From: Macrostomum lignano
Taxonomy: Eukaryota
Length of the DNA: 64,000 bases
Direction: 5' to 3'
NCBI GenBank assembly: GCA_002269645.1
Contig: NIVC01000029.1
Span: 1,178,001 to 1,242,000 of the forward strand
Shown here: positions 11,401 through 22,429 of the stretch, piece after piece
How the letters are laid out: each line of letters begins with the position of its first letter
Numbering within the stretch: the stretch's first letter is position 1
Translations under genes and position numbers: made by a program
Notes under the pieces: model-generated
The model's database searches: none
Told to the model about the DNA's origin: nothing
What the model saw: only the letters and a program-made list of their open reading frames with translations

Positions 11401-13584
11401 CATCACCTGACAGCGCTTATCTGACACATCACCTGACAGCTACCTCATCTGACATCACCTGAAAGCTTATCTGACACATCACCTGACAGCTACCTCATCT
11501 GACACATCACCTGACAGCTTATCTGACACATCACCTGACAGCGCTTATCTGACACATCACCTGACAGCTCATCTGACACATCACCTGACAGCGCTTATCT
11601 GACACATCACCTGACAGCTTATCTGACACATCACCTGACAGCGCTTATCTGACACATCACCTGACAGCGCTTATCTGACACATCACCTGACAGCTAGCTC
11701 ATCTGACACATCACCTGACAGCTAGCTCATCTGACACATCACCTGACAGCTCATCTGACACATCACCTGACAGCTTATCTGACAGCTAGCTAATCTCACA
11801 CATCATCTGACAGCTCATCTGACACACCATCTGACAGCTCACCTGACACACCAACCTCCCTGACCCCTGAATCCGCAGGCCTGGCAGCAGGCGCAGAAGG
11901 AGGCCGACCTGCAGTCTCAACTCGCCGAACTCGAGCGCCGCCGTCTGGAAGGCCAGCTGTCCTACGAGGAGGCGGTCATCGCTAGACGCCGTCTGGCCGA
12001 ATCCAACCGGGCCGTGGTGGAGAAGGAGCGCGAGGCGGCTGCCGAACGTCAGGAAGAGCTGGCCGCGATGCGGGCAGCTGAGGAGGAGCAGCTGAAGCAG
12101 CGGATGGCGGAGATCATGGCGGGTCACGCCAAGGCTAGGCAGGCGGTTAGAGACGCCCAGAAAGCCAAGGCGTTGAGCAGAGCTGAGCAGCAGCAGGAGA
12201 CTGAGGAGCTGCTCAAGCAGGCCTACGAGGAGGCGGCAGCCGAGCTTCGAAGAAAGATGGAGCTGATCGCTGAGATTCGAGCGATTGAAGCTACTCAGGT
12301 GAGTGATTGATGCGCATCTGTTTGACAGACTTGCAAGATAAATGTCTAACAGATTGATAAAATCTTTGTGTAACATGTCTAACAGAAACTGACTCATTGT
12401 CTCTACCATATCTAACAGATCCATTGTGTCTAACATGTCTAACAGTTCCATTGTGTTAGCTAAACATGTCTAACAGTTCCATTGTCTCTGTCTGAATATC
12501 TAACAGATCAATAGTGTCTAACATGTCTAACGGATCCATTGTGTCTAACATGTCTAACAGATCCATTGTGTCTAACATGTCTAACAGATCCATTGTGTCT
12601 AACATGTCTTACAGATCAATAGTGTCTAACATGTCTAACAGATCAATAGTGTCTAACATGTCGAACAGATCCATTGTCTCTAACACGTCGAACAGATCCA
12701 TTGTCTCTGTTTAAATATCTAACAGATCCATAGTCTCTGTCTAACAGATCAATAGTGTCTAACACGTCTAACAGACCCATTGTCTCTAACATGTCTAACA
12801 TATCCATTGTCCCTGTCTAACATGTCTAACATATCCATATTGTCTCTGTCTAACATGTCTAACATATCCATATTGTCTCTGTCTAACATGTCTAACATAT
12901 CCATTGTCTCTGTCTAACATGTCTAACAGCTTCACCAGCTCCATGCCTCACGCAATGAAGAAAGTTAACTACGTGTAAAATGAAACAACAAACTCCAACA
13001 ACCAGGCTCCCCGTGAGAAGCGGCTGGACCTCACCGAGATCGCTGGCTTCGGCTTCCTGTCGGAGATGAGCATCGCGGAGCTTCGGGAGCGGCTCAGCCT
13101 GGCAAAGCAGCGCCAGACTCAAGAAATGGAAGAGAAGCGCGACCAGATTCTCGAGGAGAAGCAGGCCAAAGATGAGAAGCTGCTGCACACAATGGAGCTA
13201 ATCGGGCGCCATCGCGCCGAACGGTCGCGCGCCGCCGCCGCGCGTCAAGAGGAGAAGAAAAAGCGCGCAGAAAATTCGCGCCCCGGTCAGCCGAAGATTC
13301 GAGCCCGCGATCCGCGACTTAGCGACCTGGCACAGCAGGTCCAGGCGCGCAAACAGGAGCGCCAGGAGATGCAACAACAGGAGCGTCAGGGTTCGAATCT
13401 GGCATTGAAAACTACCAAGGCGATGTCGCGCGAGAAGAAGGCGCGCGAGGCGGCGCGCTGGGCTCAGCTGGAGTCGGCGCAGGAGCGGGTGGCCCGCCTG
13501 CGCACCAGCGGCATCGTCTCGGCGGATCCGAACGCACCTGACGAGAGGTTTCCCCGACAGAGCAGCCGCATGACCTGCACCTGA
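5474..13584 (+). CDS. CFAP99: Cilia- and flagella-associated protein 99; 9 exons (5474-5487, 5889-5997, 6099-6249, 7070-7164, 7275-7387, 7737-7828, 10546-11006, 11879-12298, 13006-13584)
   Basis: The assembled reading frame is continuous with matching phases. It shows recognisable CFAP99 blocks: EIFAGCIRYEKALDTVITAFY, AYLIVFRMEELG, YTWMLDEWAKLYD, PFTLTEPKPR, VKLNAAAIMRE, EGQLSYEEAVIAR, LDLTEIAGFGFLSEMSIAELRERL. The 14-nt first exon is the least certain part. Confidence 0.88.
6281..6910 (+). repeat. 23-bp minisatellite (GCTGTTAGACACAGATGCACTAA) in CFAP99 intron 3
   Basis: About 27 tandem copies read directly. Confidence 0.95.
7445..7652 (+). mobile_element. 5'-truncated copy of SINE family 1 in CFAP99 intron 5
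   Basis: Clear similarity to 54837-55040 (GGCACAGTGAAGTGT..AAAGTTAGGGC..TGCCTGCTCAGGG..GGAATGGGCAGTAATGCCTCT..AAAGTGCGCC). Confidence 0.8.
8495..10502 (+). repeat. 23-bp minisatellite (AAGCTGTTAGACACAGGTGCGCC and variants) in CFAP99 intron 6; same family as the intron 3 array
   Basis: About 85 tandem copies with polarised variant blocks; the array ends about 45 nt before the exon 7 acceptor. Confidence 0.95.
11025..11850 (+). repeat. 24-bp minisatellite (CAGCTTATCTGACACATCACCTGA) in CFAP99 intron 7
   Basis: Tandem copies read directly; source of the SDTSPDSL pseudo-ORF. Confidence 0.95.
12335..12930 (+). repeat. About 27-bp degenerate minisatellite (TGTCTAACAGATCCATTGTGTCTAACA) in CFAP99 intron 8
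   Basis: Tandem copies; the core TGTCTAACAG is the reverse complement of the intron 3/6 core. Confidence 0.9.
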
Positions 13585-13744
13585 CTGCCTGCATGAATAT
13601 GAGCATTGTGTTTTATTGTTTTTTCAATTGCTAAAATAATTGTCGTGCTTAACCTGGGCTGAGTGATTTGAATTTTTATTGATTAGATTCCTACAGACGC
13701 TATTAGCAGTACCTGTATTAAAAGCACTCTAAAGATGCTCCGTA

Positions 13745-14225
13745 TGGCACTCCCAATGGCACTCTCAATGGCACTCTTAATGGCACTCCTTATGTCACTC
13801 CCAATGGCACTCCCAATGGCACTCCCAATGGCACTCTCAATGGCACTCCTAATGTCACTCCCAATGGCACTCCCAATGGCACTCTCAATGGCACTCTCAA
13901 TGTCACTCCCAATGGCACTCTCAATGGCACTCTCAATGGCACTCTTAATGTCACTCCCAATGGCACTCTCAATGGCACTCTCAATGGCACTCTTAATGTC
14001 ACTCCCAATTGCACTCTCAATGGCACTCTCAATGACACTCTTAATGTCACTCCCAATGGCACTCTCAATGGCACTCTTAATGTCACTCCCAATGGCACTC
14101 TCAATGGCACTCTCAATGGCACTCTCAATGTCACTCCCAATGGCACTCTCAATGGCACTCTTAATGGCACTCTCAATGGCACTCTCAATGGTACTCCCAA
14201 TCGCACTCTCAGTGGCACTCCCAAC
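13745..14225 (+). repeat. 12-bp minisatellite (GGCACTCTCAAT) downstream of CFAP99
   Basis: About 40 tandem copies. Confidence 0.95.
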
Positions 14226-14589
14226 GGCGCCCTTAGCATGCTGCAGTCCTTCATTGCACTCGTAAAACACCCCCCCCCCGGAATGTAGGCTAGGGAATTC
14301 TTGACAACGATGTAGATTGTAGACTGTAATTTAACAAAATCACATTGTGACTGAGAAAGTAAAAATGTTTTTAATACGCGTAGTATCTCGCAGTGTGTGC
14401 GATTTAGCAGGCACAAAAAACTCATATCTAACACTCTGTTCTCTTTCAACGTTATACTTGATTGTGAATACTAACGTAAATTTTAAATAAACTAAAAATA
14501 AGCAAAGAGAAACTCAAGTTTTGAGATTTAGAGAAAATCTTTCATACTTTGATATACTTTGATTTACGCAAATTTTTACCCAAGATAGA

Positions 14590-15160
14590 GCGGTAGCACG
14601 ACGTTTGCCCACCGACGTTTTCCCGCCGACGTTTTCCCGCCGACGTTTTCCCGCCGACGTTTTCCCGCCGACGTTTGCCCGCCGACGTTTTCCCGCGGAC
14701 AATATTTCGCTCTATTTTTGGCTGAGTGACATTTTCCCCCTAAAGGAAGTCGATTCTCGTTGTGTTTTCAACTTCTTTTCATTTAGCCGCATAATATAAT
14801 CATGAACAGAAACATGATGCGAAATAAAATTGTGAAGATTAAATTTACTTGACGGTAACAACATAAAATTATTAGCTGTACCGTTTCACATTTTTACGTT
14901 TATTTGTGTAGCGGCTGCACCCACGTTTTTCGAAGATCGAAGGTGAGTACCTCTCGTGGAAAAAAAATCTTGGAAAATGGATCTAATTGACAATGTGTAA
15001 TACATGAGCATACAGAAATATATGCCACTGAACTGAAATTAAATAACAATAAATAATAATGAGAAACATGTGGAAATTATTTGAGTACTAGTTCCGGCCG
15101 GTAAATATCGGCGGGCAAACGTCGGCGGGCAAAATTCCGGCGGGCAAATTTCGTAGACCC
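14590..15160. mobile_element. Non-autonomous DNA transposon-like (foldback) element with subterminal CCGACGTTTTCCCG repeats in inverted orientation at both ends
   Basis: The left end (14590-14700) has about 7 CCGACGTTT(T/G)CCCG units; the right end (15095-15160) has inverted CGGCGGGCAAA units. No convincing TSD. Confidence 0.55.
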
Positions 15161-15657
15161 AATGGAGCGGTGCCCAACGCCCACTTAGAGGGAAAAACTA
15201 TAAATCAGGGGGTCGGTCACATGCGGCCCTTTGCTATAAATCCTACTTGAAAGTAGTCAATTGCGACTATACTTACGATTTTGTGCCTTCATTTCTTTAG
15301 GCAGTTGTTGAATTCACGTGGGCTGCATTGACAGCTGTTAAAGGCTTTTCTGGGGGGGGGGGGAGAAGGCTAGGGATGTCCCGCGGTGTGGAACTGATGA
15401 AGCTTTGGGTCAAGCGGCGCTTCCGTGTTGGATGGATGGAGAGAAAAGCAAACGCTAGCTTCTTTCGGTTCCATGAATTACTAGAAATGGGAATCTGGAT
15501 TGGAAAGCTTTCACATTAGATTTCTGTCGCGAAATCGAACGAATAGTCTGCCACTTTATAGATTTTTCGATAAATATTTTGCTAATTTTTTTGTTTAGGG
15601 CTTGTGTGCATGAAAATTTGCCGGTGTGGGGTTGTCCTGTGATTCACACCTATGATA

Positions 15658-15735
15658 GACAACCTCTCAAGGCTCAGAGTGTACACCTAGTGTGAGCGTG
15701 TGCATGAGTGCCTGCCTCACCACCGAAGGTTCTGC
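15658..15735 (+). mobile_element. Short fragment of SINE family 1
   Basis: AACCTCTCAAGGC..GTGTACAC..GTGTGAGCGTGTG..TGCCTGC resembles 17385-17480 and 54825-54920. Confidence 0.4.
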
Positions 15736-16305
15736 ACCACAACAAAGTCAAGTCTAGTAAAAATTGGCTTAAAGTTTCAAGAGTATCAAAAACGAGTTTC
15801 TTAACAAGCTTATATGTTAATTAGCTTTTACCAATCCAGAAGTCTCTAGTTAAAGCTCTCCTTGACATCAGGTAAGCAGAGAAAGCAAAGAACTAAGGCA
15901 CTTAGCACCTGGATAGAGTGAAGGAGAGAGAGAGCGGTCGGTGAAAGCCCGTGCAGTTTAGCGCAGAAAGAAAGTCTTGCACAGTCTGAGGGGGTTGATT
16001 AGGCCAAGAAGCAGATGTGCTACTAGCGAAGAAAATGCACAACAAGATGGCAAGCTTCTGGCTTTCTTCTATATACTAAACATCTAAAAATGGAATCCTC
16101 GGAACGAGGGGGCGGACGCAACAGCTGGAGTTGAAAGCTAGTCATTCCGTTGGTCGCTTGGTCTGGGGCCCAGTTGCTTGTCTGGACCGCCGCTGCCTCC
16201 CTTCAGCTTTCAACGCATAGTAATAATACGCGTCTCTGGCAGGCTAAGAAAGCGCCGCCTGTCAAAGTCGGCAATAGCCGAGAGGAACATCTGCGCTACA
16301 CGAGG

Positions 16306-19300
16306 ATGGCTTGGAGATTTTTTCAGTCGCCTCTTCTGCTTGCACTGCTGCTGCTACTGATCAGTTCTGGATGCTGTTCGTCCAACAGCAGTAGGCTAGT
16401 GCCTAGTTCGCAGTCCCGGAGCTTCTGGGACCAGGTGAGGCGACAGAGTACTCGAGTACATGTGTTTCGAATGTTCCAAATTCGAAATTCGAATGACTTC
16501 CGAGTTGTCTAGGTGAAATCTAGACATATACTATGTTAGACAGTGATGTTTAGGAGTACGAAGAACCAGCAAAAAAGTTAACGTCTTAGCTACTTGAACA
16601 GTGACATTATTCTCCAGACGGTGATGTCATTCGCTTTGACAGTGACTTCATTCTCTTTGACAGCGACTTCATTCTCTTTGACAATGATGCCATTCTCGTA
16701 AATAGTGACGTTTCAGACGTTAGCAGCGTTTCAGAAAGGAAAGTACTGAAGTATGAAAATCATTTTATCGAAATAGCTCCTTCCAGCAGGGCCAGATGCA
16801 GTGGTTAAAACTCTAATCTCATAGCAACACACAAAACATCAATGAACTTCATTATCGCGTCAGATCAACGCCAACAACGAGCAAGGCAAGTCGTCCAGCT
16901 CAACTCGAACAGCTGACGGTTCGGTCTACGGCCCGGCGGCGGCGTCCAACACTCGACGTGCGGACTCGGGCCGCAGCTCTGGCGCCGAGTCCACCGGTTC
17001 ACTCCGCGACGTGTTGGAGTCGCGCAAAGCCCGACGAAATCTGGAATGTCGGCCGGACTTTTGCTACCGGATGCAGGCGTCCTCGGCTGCGTCGGCGGGC
17101 TCCTCCAGCCCAGCTGGCACCCAGGTCTGCGGCACCGACGGAAAGACGTACGACTCGCGTTGCATGCTGCAGTTTCTGCGGCGCTGTCACGGTCAAAAAG
17201 TGCGCGTCAGACACCTGGGCGCGTGCGGAGTCCCGCTGCCAGGTGAGAAAGCACAAATAGAGCAAAGAAGAAGACTCGATGACCGAAGGTTGATAGTCGT
17301 GATTGCTAGAAAATATTGTGGCTTCACGATAGTTAATTATGTAAAAAGGTCAAGGTAGGTTAAGGTATTTTCGTGCGAGGATCAACCCCCAAGGCACAGT
17401 GAGTGTACATGACTGACAGGATTAGAAAGTCAGGCCGCTGTACACCCTGTGTGAGCGTGTGTGTGAGTGCACGCCTGCCGTACAGTATTGGCGCGCTTGC
17501 ATGTGCTCAGGAGTCAGCGGAATGGGCAGAATTGCCGTCAGAGCTGATTGTGGGACGATTTCGCCAAAGGCGTTGGGTATCTACAGCTCTCCTTAGTTAC
17601 TAATTATATTGCTATATAAATAAAATACCTGTCCAATACGCATTCCTTTTCTAGGCGATGGGACGGCATCAGCGGCGTCTGCCTCGGCGGGAGGCACTCG
17701 AGCGGGCCGGCGCAGGTTGGGCAGCGGCCGAGGTCGATGCCAGGAAATGCGGCTGGCCGCACTGGAGAAGTCCAGCACAGGCCGGCAGGTGATTTACGTG
17801 CCGCAGTGCAGTAGGAGAGGCAAATTCCGCCGGGTGCAGTGCAATTACCAGCTCAAGTACTGTTTCTGCGTTCGCCGACGCAGCGGCAAGCCGCTCCCCG
17901 GCTCCGGCGTTCAGCTGCCTCGCCGGCCGAGTTGCCGGAACGGCAGACGGCGGAGGAGGAAAAAGCAGCGGCGCCGGCAGCAGCAACAAAAAGCAGATCA
18001 GCAAGCCGATGGAAATAAACGACACAACAGGCGGAGAGGACGACGTAGGAAAGGTGGCGGCAGAGGTAGCGGACGTAAAAGTGCGTATCTGACGGTAACA
18101 CCCATTACAATTACATAATTAGCAAGTAGCATTGTAAAAATAATAATTAGTAAAAGGGTGTTACCTAAGTATTGAGAACCTGAGACATTTAAATATGGAC
18201 AATACACAGCTTCAGTTTGAAGTTTATCAGCCTGACATGCATCAGTGGAATTGACATTACCATGTCTTCTCACTTGCAGCTAACTTCATTGGTCAATTTG
18301 TCCACCGGGATCCGAGTAGGAAGGGGGAATGGGGGTGTGCGGGCGAAGCCCCCACTTACAACCATAGACTATTTTATTTTACGCTCATAGACTCGTTCGT
18401 TTTCTAAAATGATATCCCGGTAAATTGCTTTTTTTGTCAATTTCAAACAATGACCGGTCATTGCTTGAATGTCATTGCCTTAACGTAAATTTATCATAGA
18501 AATTTTGAACAATGACGTCTGTTTAATGGCTCGTCATTAACCGAAAGTCCTGTTTCGACCATAGACAATTCAATCAACCTTCCGCTGATTACAATTCTTT
18601 GTTCTTTAGTCTATAGACCTAACAGACTGTTGAGAACAATTCAAAGCTGTTGCCGATTCAGATACTGGCTACTTCGTCTACAAAAATCTTAACATTTTTA
18701 TCTCGAGGGTCTGGACTTTCCTGCCAGATATCACTGATGCATGTCTACTCGTATAGGCTGATAAATTTGAATTTGAAACTGAAGCTGTTATGCTGTTCAT
18801 GCTTGCAAAATTTCAGGGTAAAAAGTTCAAGTTGATTTCTTATCAACGGTGGGTCATTATGCGACGATTAATTCACTCGAACTATACTAGCACTAAACCA
18901 GAAGTCAGCATGACAGGTGATGGCTTACAACATTTAATTAGGCAGCACATTATAAAACAGCACACGAATCATAAAAAGCGACACTAAGCTAATTAAGAAA
19001 AGTGAAAGTGGTTGCAACGTTTTACTCGTAATCGAGAAAAATTCATCGAGAGCTCGTTAAAAGTTTTATAGCGACCTCTAATTGCCGATTTGTCCGGCAA
19101 TATTTTGTGAAACAAGCGCAAATTCTGTGCAAGGAATCTAAGATTAAAATTAAAGCCACTTTTTCGTTTTTAAGCTTATTTAAACGCGGGGCCTCGATCG
19201 CAATAAATTTTAAGGTGAGAGGGACAAAGCCAAGAATTCTACATGACTAAGTTCCGACATTACTTTGCGAATCGGTGTTTTTAGCACTCTGTTGGCGCCA

Positions 19301-22073
19301 CAGGTTCTCATTTTAGCGCCACAGGTTCTCATTTTGGCGCCACAGGTACTCATTTTAGCATCACAGGCACTCATTTTAGCGCCACAGGCACTCATTTTAG
19401 CGTCACAGGCACTCATTTTAGCATCACAGGCACTCATTTTAGCGCCACAGGCACTCATTTTTGCACCACAGGCACTCATTTTGGCGCCCTGAAGCAGTTG
19501 TTGATTTCCATAACGGGTCACAGCTGGTGTGTCCTTCACACAGCTTTTACTGGGAGGGACAGGAGTCCCCATGCCTTCCCCCCCGGGTGGCGACACCCCT
19601 GTTTGAACGCGGTGCCGGCTAGTCGTAGTACCAGGTACTCCACGCAACCTCCTTTTACAGATCGCTGCTCCTCGCGGCAGCGAGCCCATTTCAACCGGAA
19701 CATTCTCAAACAGTTCGAAATTGAGTTCAATGCGTCAATAACTTATCGAACTGGAGGCCTACTCAAGCCCAGACGAGAGATCGGTAGTTTACCAACTCGC
19801 GTAGCCGCTGTTGAGCAGTCGATGCAACAACAGCCCGAGAGACGATCGGCAGAGTGGAAATTCACCCAGCTGGATTTGGACGGCGACGGCCAACTGAACT
19901 ACCGAGAGACCAAGGCGCTGAGAAAGGTAACGCGAGCGAACATCAAGCCGAAAGGTTGCGCCAGGCGCTTCTTTAGGACCTGCGACCTCAATGCGAACAA
20001 GCAGTTGGAGCGAGCCGAATGGATTCTGTGCTTCGGATTGGAGAATTCTACACCTGTGACCGTGGTGAGGGTTTTTTGGCATATAGCTTCTAATTATTCT
20101 TAACTGAATGTCACCTGCAGGAATCGGTAGCTTAATTACTCTTGATCGAATGTCACCTGCAGGAATCGGTAGCTCAATTACTCTTAACTGAATGTCACCT
20201 GCAGGAATCAGTAGCTCAATTACTCTTGATCGAATGTCACCTGCAGGAATCGGTAGCTCAATTACTCTTGATTGAATGTCACCTGCAGGAATCGGTAGCT
20301 CAATTACTCTTGATTGAATGTCACCTGCAGGAATCAGTAGCTCAATTACTCTTGATCGAATGTCACCTGCAGGAATCGGTAGCTCAATTACTCTTGATTG
20401 AATGTCACCTGCAGGAATCGGTAGCTCAATTACTCTTGATTGAATGTCACCTGCAGGAATCGGTAGCTCAATTACTCTTGATTGAATGTCACCTGCAGGA
20501 ATCGGTAGCTCAATTACTCTTGATTGAATGTCACCTGCAGGAATCGGTAGCTTAATTACTCTTGATTGAATGTCACCTGCAGGAATCGGTAGCTCAATTA
20601 CTCTTGATTGAATGTCACCTGCAGGAATCGGTAGCTCAATTACTCTTGATTGAATGTCACCTGCAGGAATCGGTAGCTTAATTACTCTTGATTGAATGTC
20701 ACCTGCAGGAATCGGTAGCTCAATTACTCTTGATTGAATGTCACCTGCAGGAATCGGTAGCTTAATTACTCTTGATTGAATGTCACCTGCAGGAATCGGT
20801 AGCTTAATTACTCTTGATTGAATGTCACCTGCAGGAATCGGTAGCTCAATTACTCTTGATTGAATGTCACCTGCAGGAATCGGTAGCTCAATTACTCTTG
20901 ATTGAATGTCACCTGCAGGAATCGGTAGCTCAATTACTCTTGATTGAATGTCACCTGCAGGAATCGGTAGCTTAATTACTCTTAATTGAATGTCACCTGC
21001 AGGTCACCCGCAACAATAAAATCATTTTGATTCTTTTAATAATTTAAGCATCCAATTTCTCTGCAATATCGTGTCCCAGGTTGCACTGTCTCAATCCCAA
21101 AACTATCGAACTTCAGATTTCGGCTCCGCCAGCTGCGGCCGGCACAGCACCGAGATCCTCCCAAGGAGGAGTTGCAGCTCCTCTAGTCGCCGCAGCCACC
21201 GCAGTGTCAGCTGAGTGGCCTGGCCGCTCCTCATCATCCCAAGCAGCGAGCGGAGGCCAGCCATTAGCAGCAGGCGGAGGCAGCAAGGGCAGCCTGATGG
21301 AGCTGGTCTCTCGTCGGCGCAGACGCAAACGACCAAGAAAAGCGCGCCCGTTCGCGCACAAATCCTGCCCGCTGGCGCGCGAGGAGGCGCTTGAGAAGAA
21401 TCGACAACTGTCGCGTCAACGAGCAGCGACGATGGCATCGGTGGCGGCGTCAAGCATCAGCCGAGTGTTCGTCCCCGAGTGCTCGGCCGATGGCAAGTAC
21501 GCCAAGCGGCAGTGCCACACCGCCGGGGCACCAACGACAAGCTTATTGTGCTTCTGCATGGACCCGGACTCCGGCCGGGTGCTGAAAGGCGGGACCGGCA
21601 GCGGCGCCACCCTGGACTGCGAGTCGGCGCACATCAGAGCTCGCGCCACCCAGTCGGCCGGTTTCCGCGGCTGTTCGCAGCCGCTGCTGCGCGAGTTCGC
21701 CAGCCAGCTGACGGCCCTGATGGTGCAGGAGACCAGAGACGCCTGGCGGCCCGAGGACGCTCATCTCAGCGTAGAGGCGCGCAGTTTAAAACTGCGCTTC
21801 CAACGCGCCGATGTTAGCCGGGACGGCCAGCTGGATCGCAAGGAGCAGCGCTGGTGGCGCCGCGAGATCAAAGCGCACTGGAAGGCCCGACGGCGTGGCG
21901 ACTCCAATGGCGCTGAAGGAACTTCCGACGCAAGTAGCAGACGTAGAAGGAAACCGGAACTAAGGCGTACAAGAAAGTGCGCTGTGAATTTCCTGCGCTT
22001 CTGCAACGCCAATGGGGACCAGTTTGTTACCCTGGGTGAACTGCAGGCGTGTCTGCGTCTGCCCACCAGCTGA
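16306..22073 (+). CDS. SMOC: SPARC-related modular calcium-binding protein (SMOC/Pentagone-like); 5 exons (16306-16434, 16864-17242, 17655-18080, 19661-20064, 21117-22073), about 764 aa
   Basis: Signal peptide; Kazal domain (VCGTDGKTYDSRC); thyroglobulin type-1 domain (YVPQCSRRGKFRRVQC..YCFCV); EF-hand EC domain (WKFTQLDLDGDGQL, CDLNANKQLERAEWILCF); second TY domain (VFVPECSADGKYAKRQC..LCFCMD); second EC domain (ADVSRDGQLD, CNANGDQFVTLGELQACL). Phases are consistent. The exon 3 donor has alternative phase-1 options. Confidence 0.88.
17383..17545 (+). mobile_element. Diverged partial copy of SINE family 1 in SMOC intron 2
   Basis: CAACCCCCAAGGCACAGTGAGTGTACATG..GGCCGCTGTACAC..GCTCAGGAGTCAGCGGAATGGGCAG matches 54825-54970. 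Confidence 0.7.
19187..19601 (-). mobile_element. hAT-like MITE carrying an internal 21-bp minisatellite, copy 1 (SMOC intron 3)
   Basis: Right end GGTGGCGACACCCCTG; degenerate left end CGGGGCCTCGA; 8-bp flanks TTTAAACG (19179-19186) and TTTGAACG (19602-19609). The internal GGCACTCATTTTAGCGCCACA array and its unique flank are homologous, inverted, to 61383-62115. Confidence 0.7.
20105..21002 (+). repeat. 42-bp minisatellite (TGAATGTCACCTGCAGGAATCGGTAGCTCAATTACTCTTGAT) in SMOC intron 4
   Basis: About 21 near-identical copies. Confidence 0.97.
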
Positions 22074-22429
22074 CAGCAATAATTATGCATGCTGTGATTG
22101 CAGCAGTATCTCAATACCGTGCCCTTGTCTGGTCTATATCATACGCCTACACGATATCTAATTAGCAAACAGCATGCACCCTTATATACTGTAACAGGTT
22201 GTAACATAAAGTAGAGCAAAAATGCTGCCTGCAAATTGCATAAGCTACTTTAAGTAGCGCATCGATTGGACCACAAAAAAATAACCTAATAATACTTAGA
22301 CAAATAATAATGTTCGGTTTTAATCAATCAATTCTGCACTTTATAAATTATGAACGACTCTTAAATTTTTTTAGACCGTAAGTTGAATTTTTACCTTTAG
22401 ACTGACAAAACGATTTTCTGGATGATTTA

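Noticed and set aside
10928-11427. ORFs such as SDTSPDSL / SGDVSDKL / CQVMCQIS repeats
   Set aside because: They are translations of the 24-bp intron 7 array; the real exon ends at the GAG|GTGTGT donor at 11006.
13683-14449. Three overlapping repetitive ORFs (SAIE, MALS, RVPL)
   Set aside because: A 12-bp array lacking stops in several frames; no splice support or unique domain.
18362-18616. CCATAGACT...AGTCTATAG as MITE termini (similar motifs near 63563 and 63760)
   Set aside because: The inverted match is short and imperfect with no TSD; not distinguishable from chance here.
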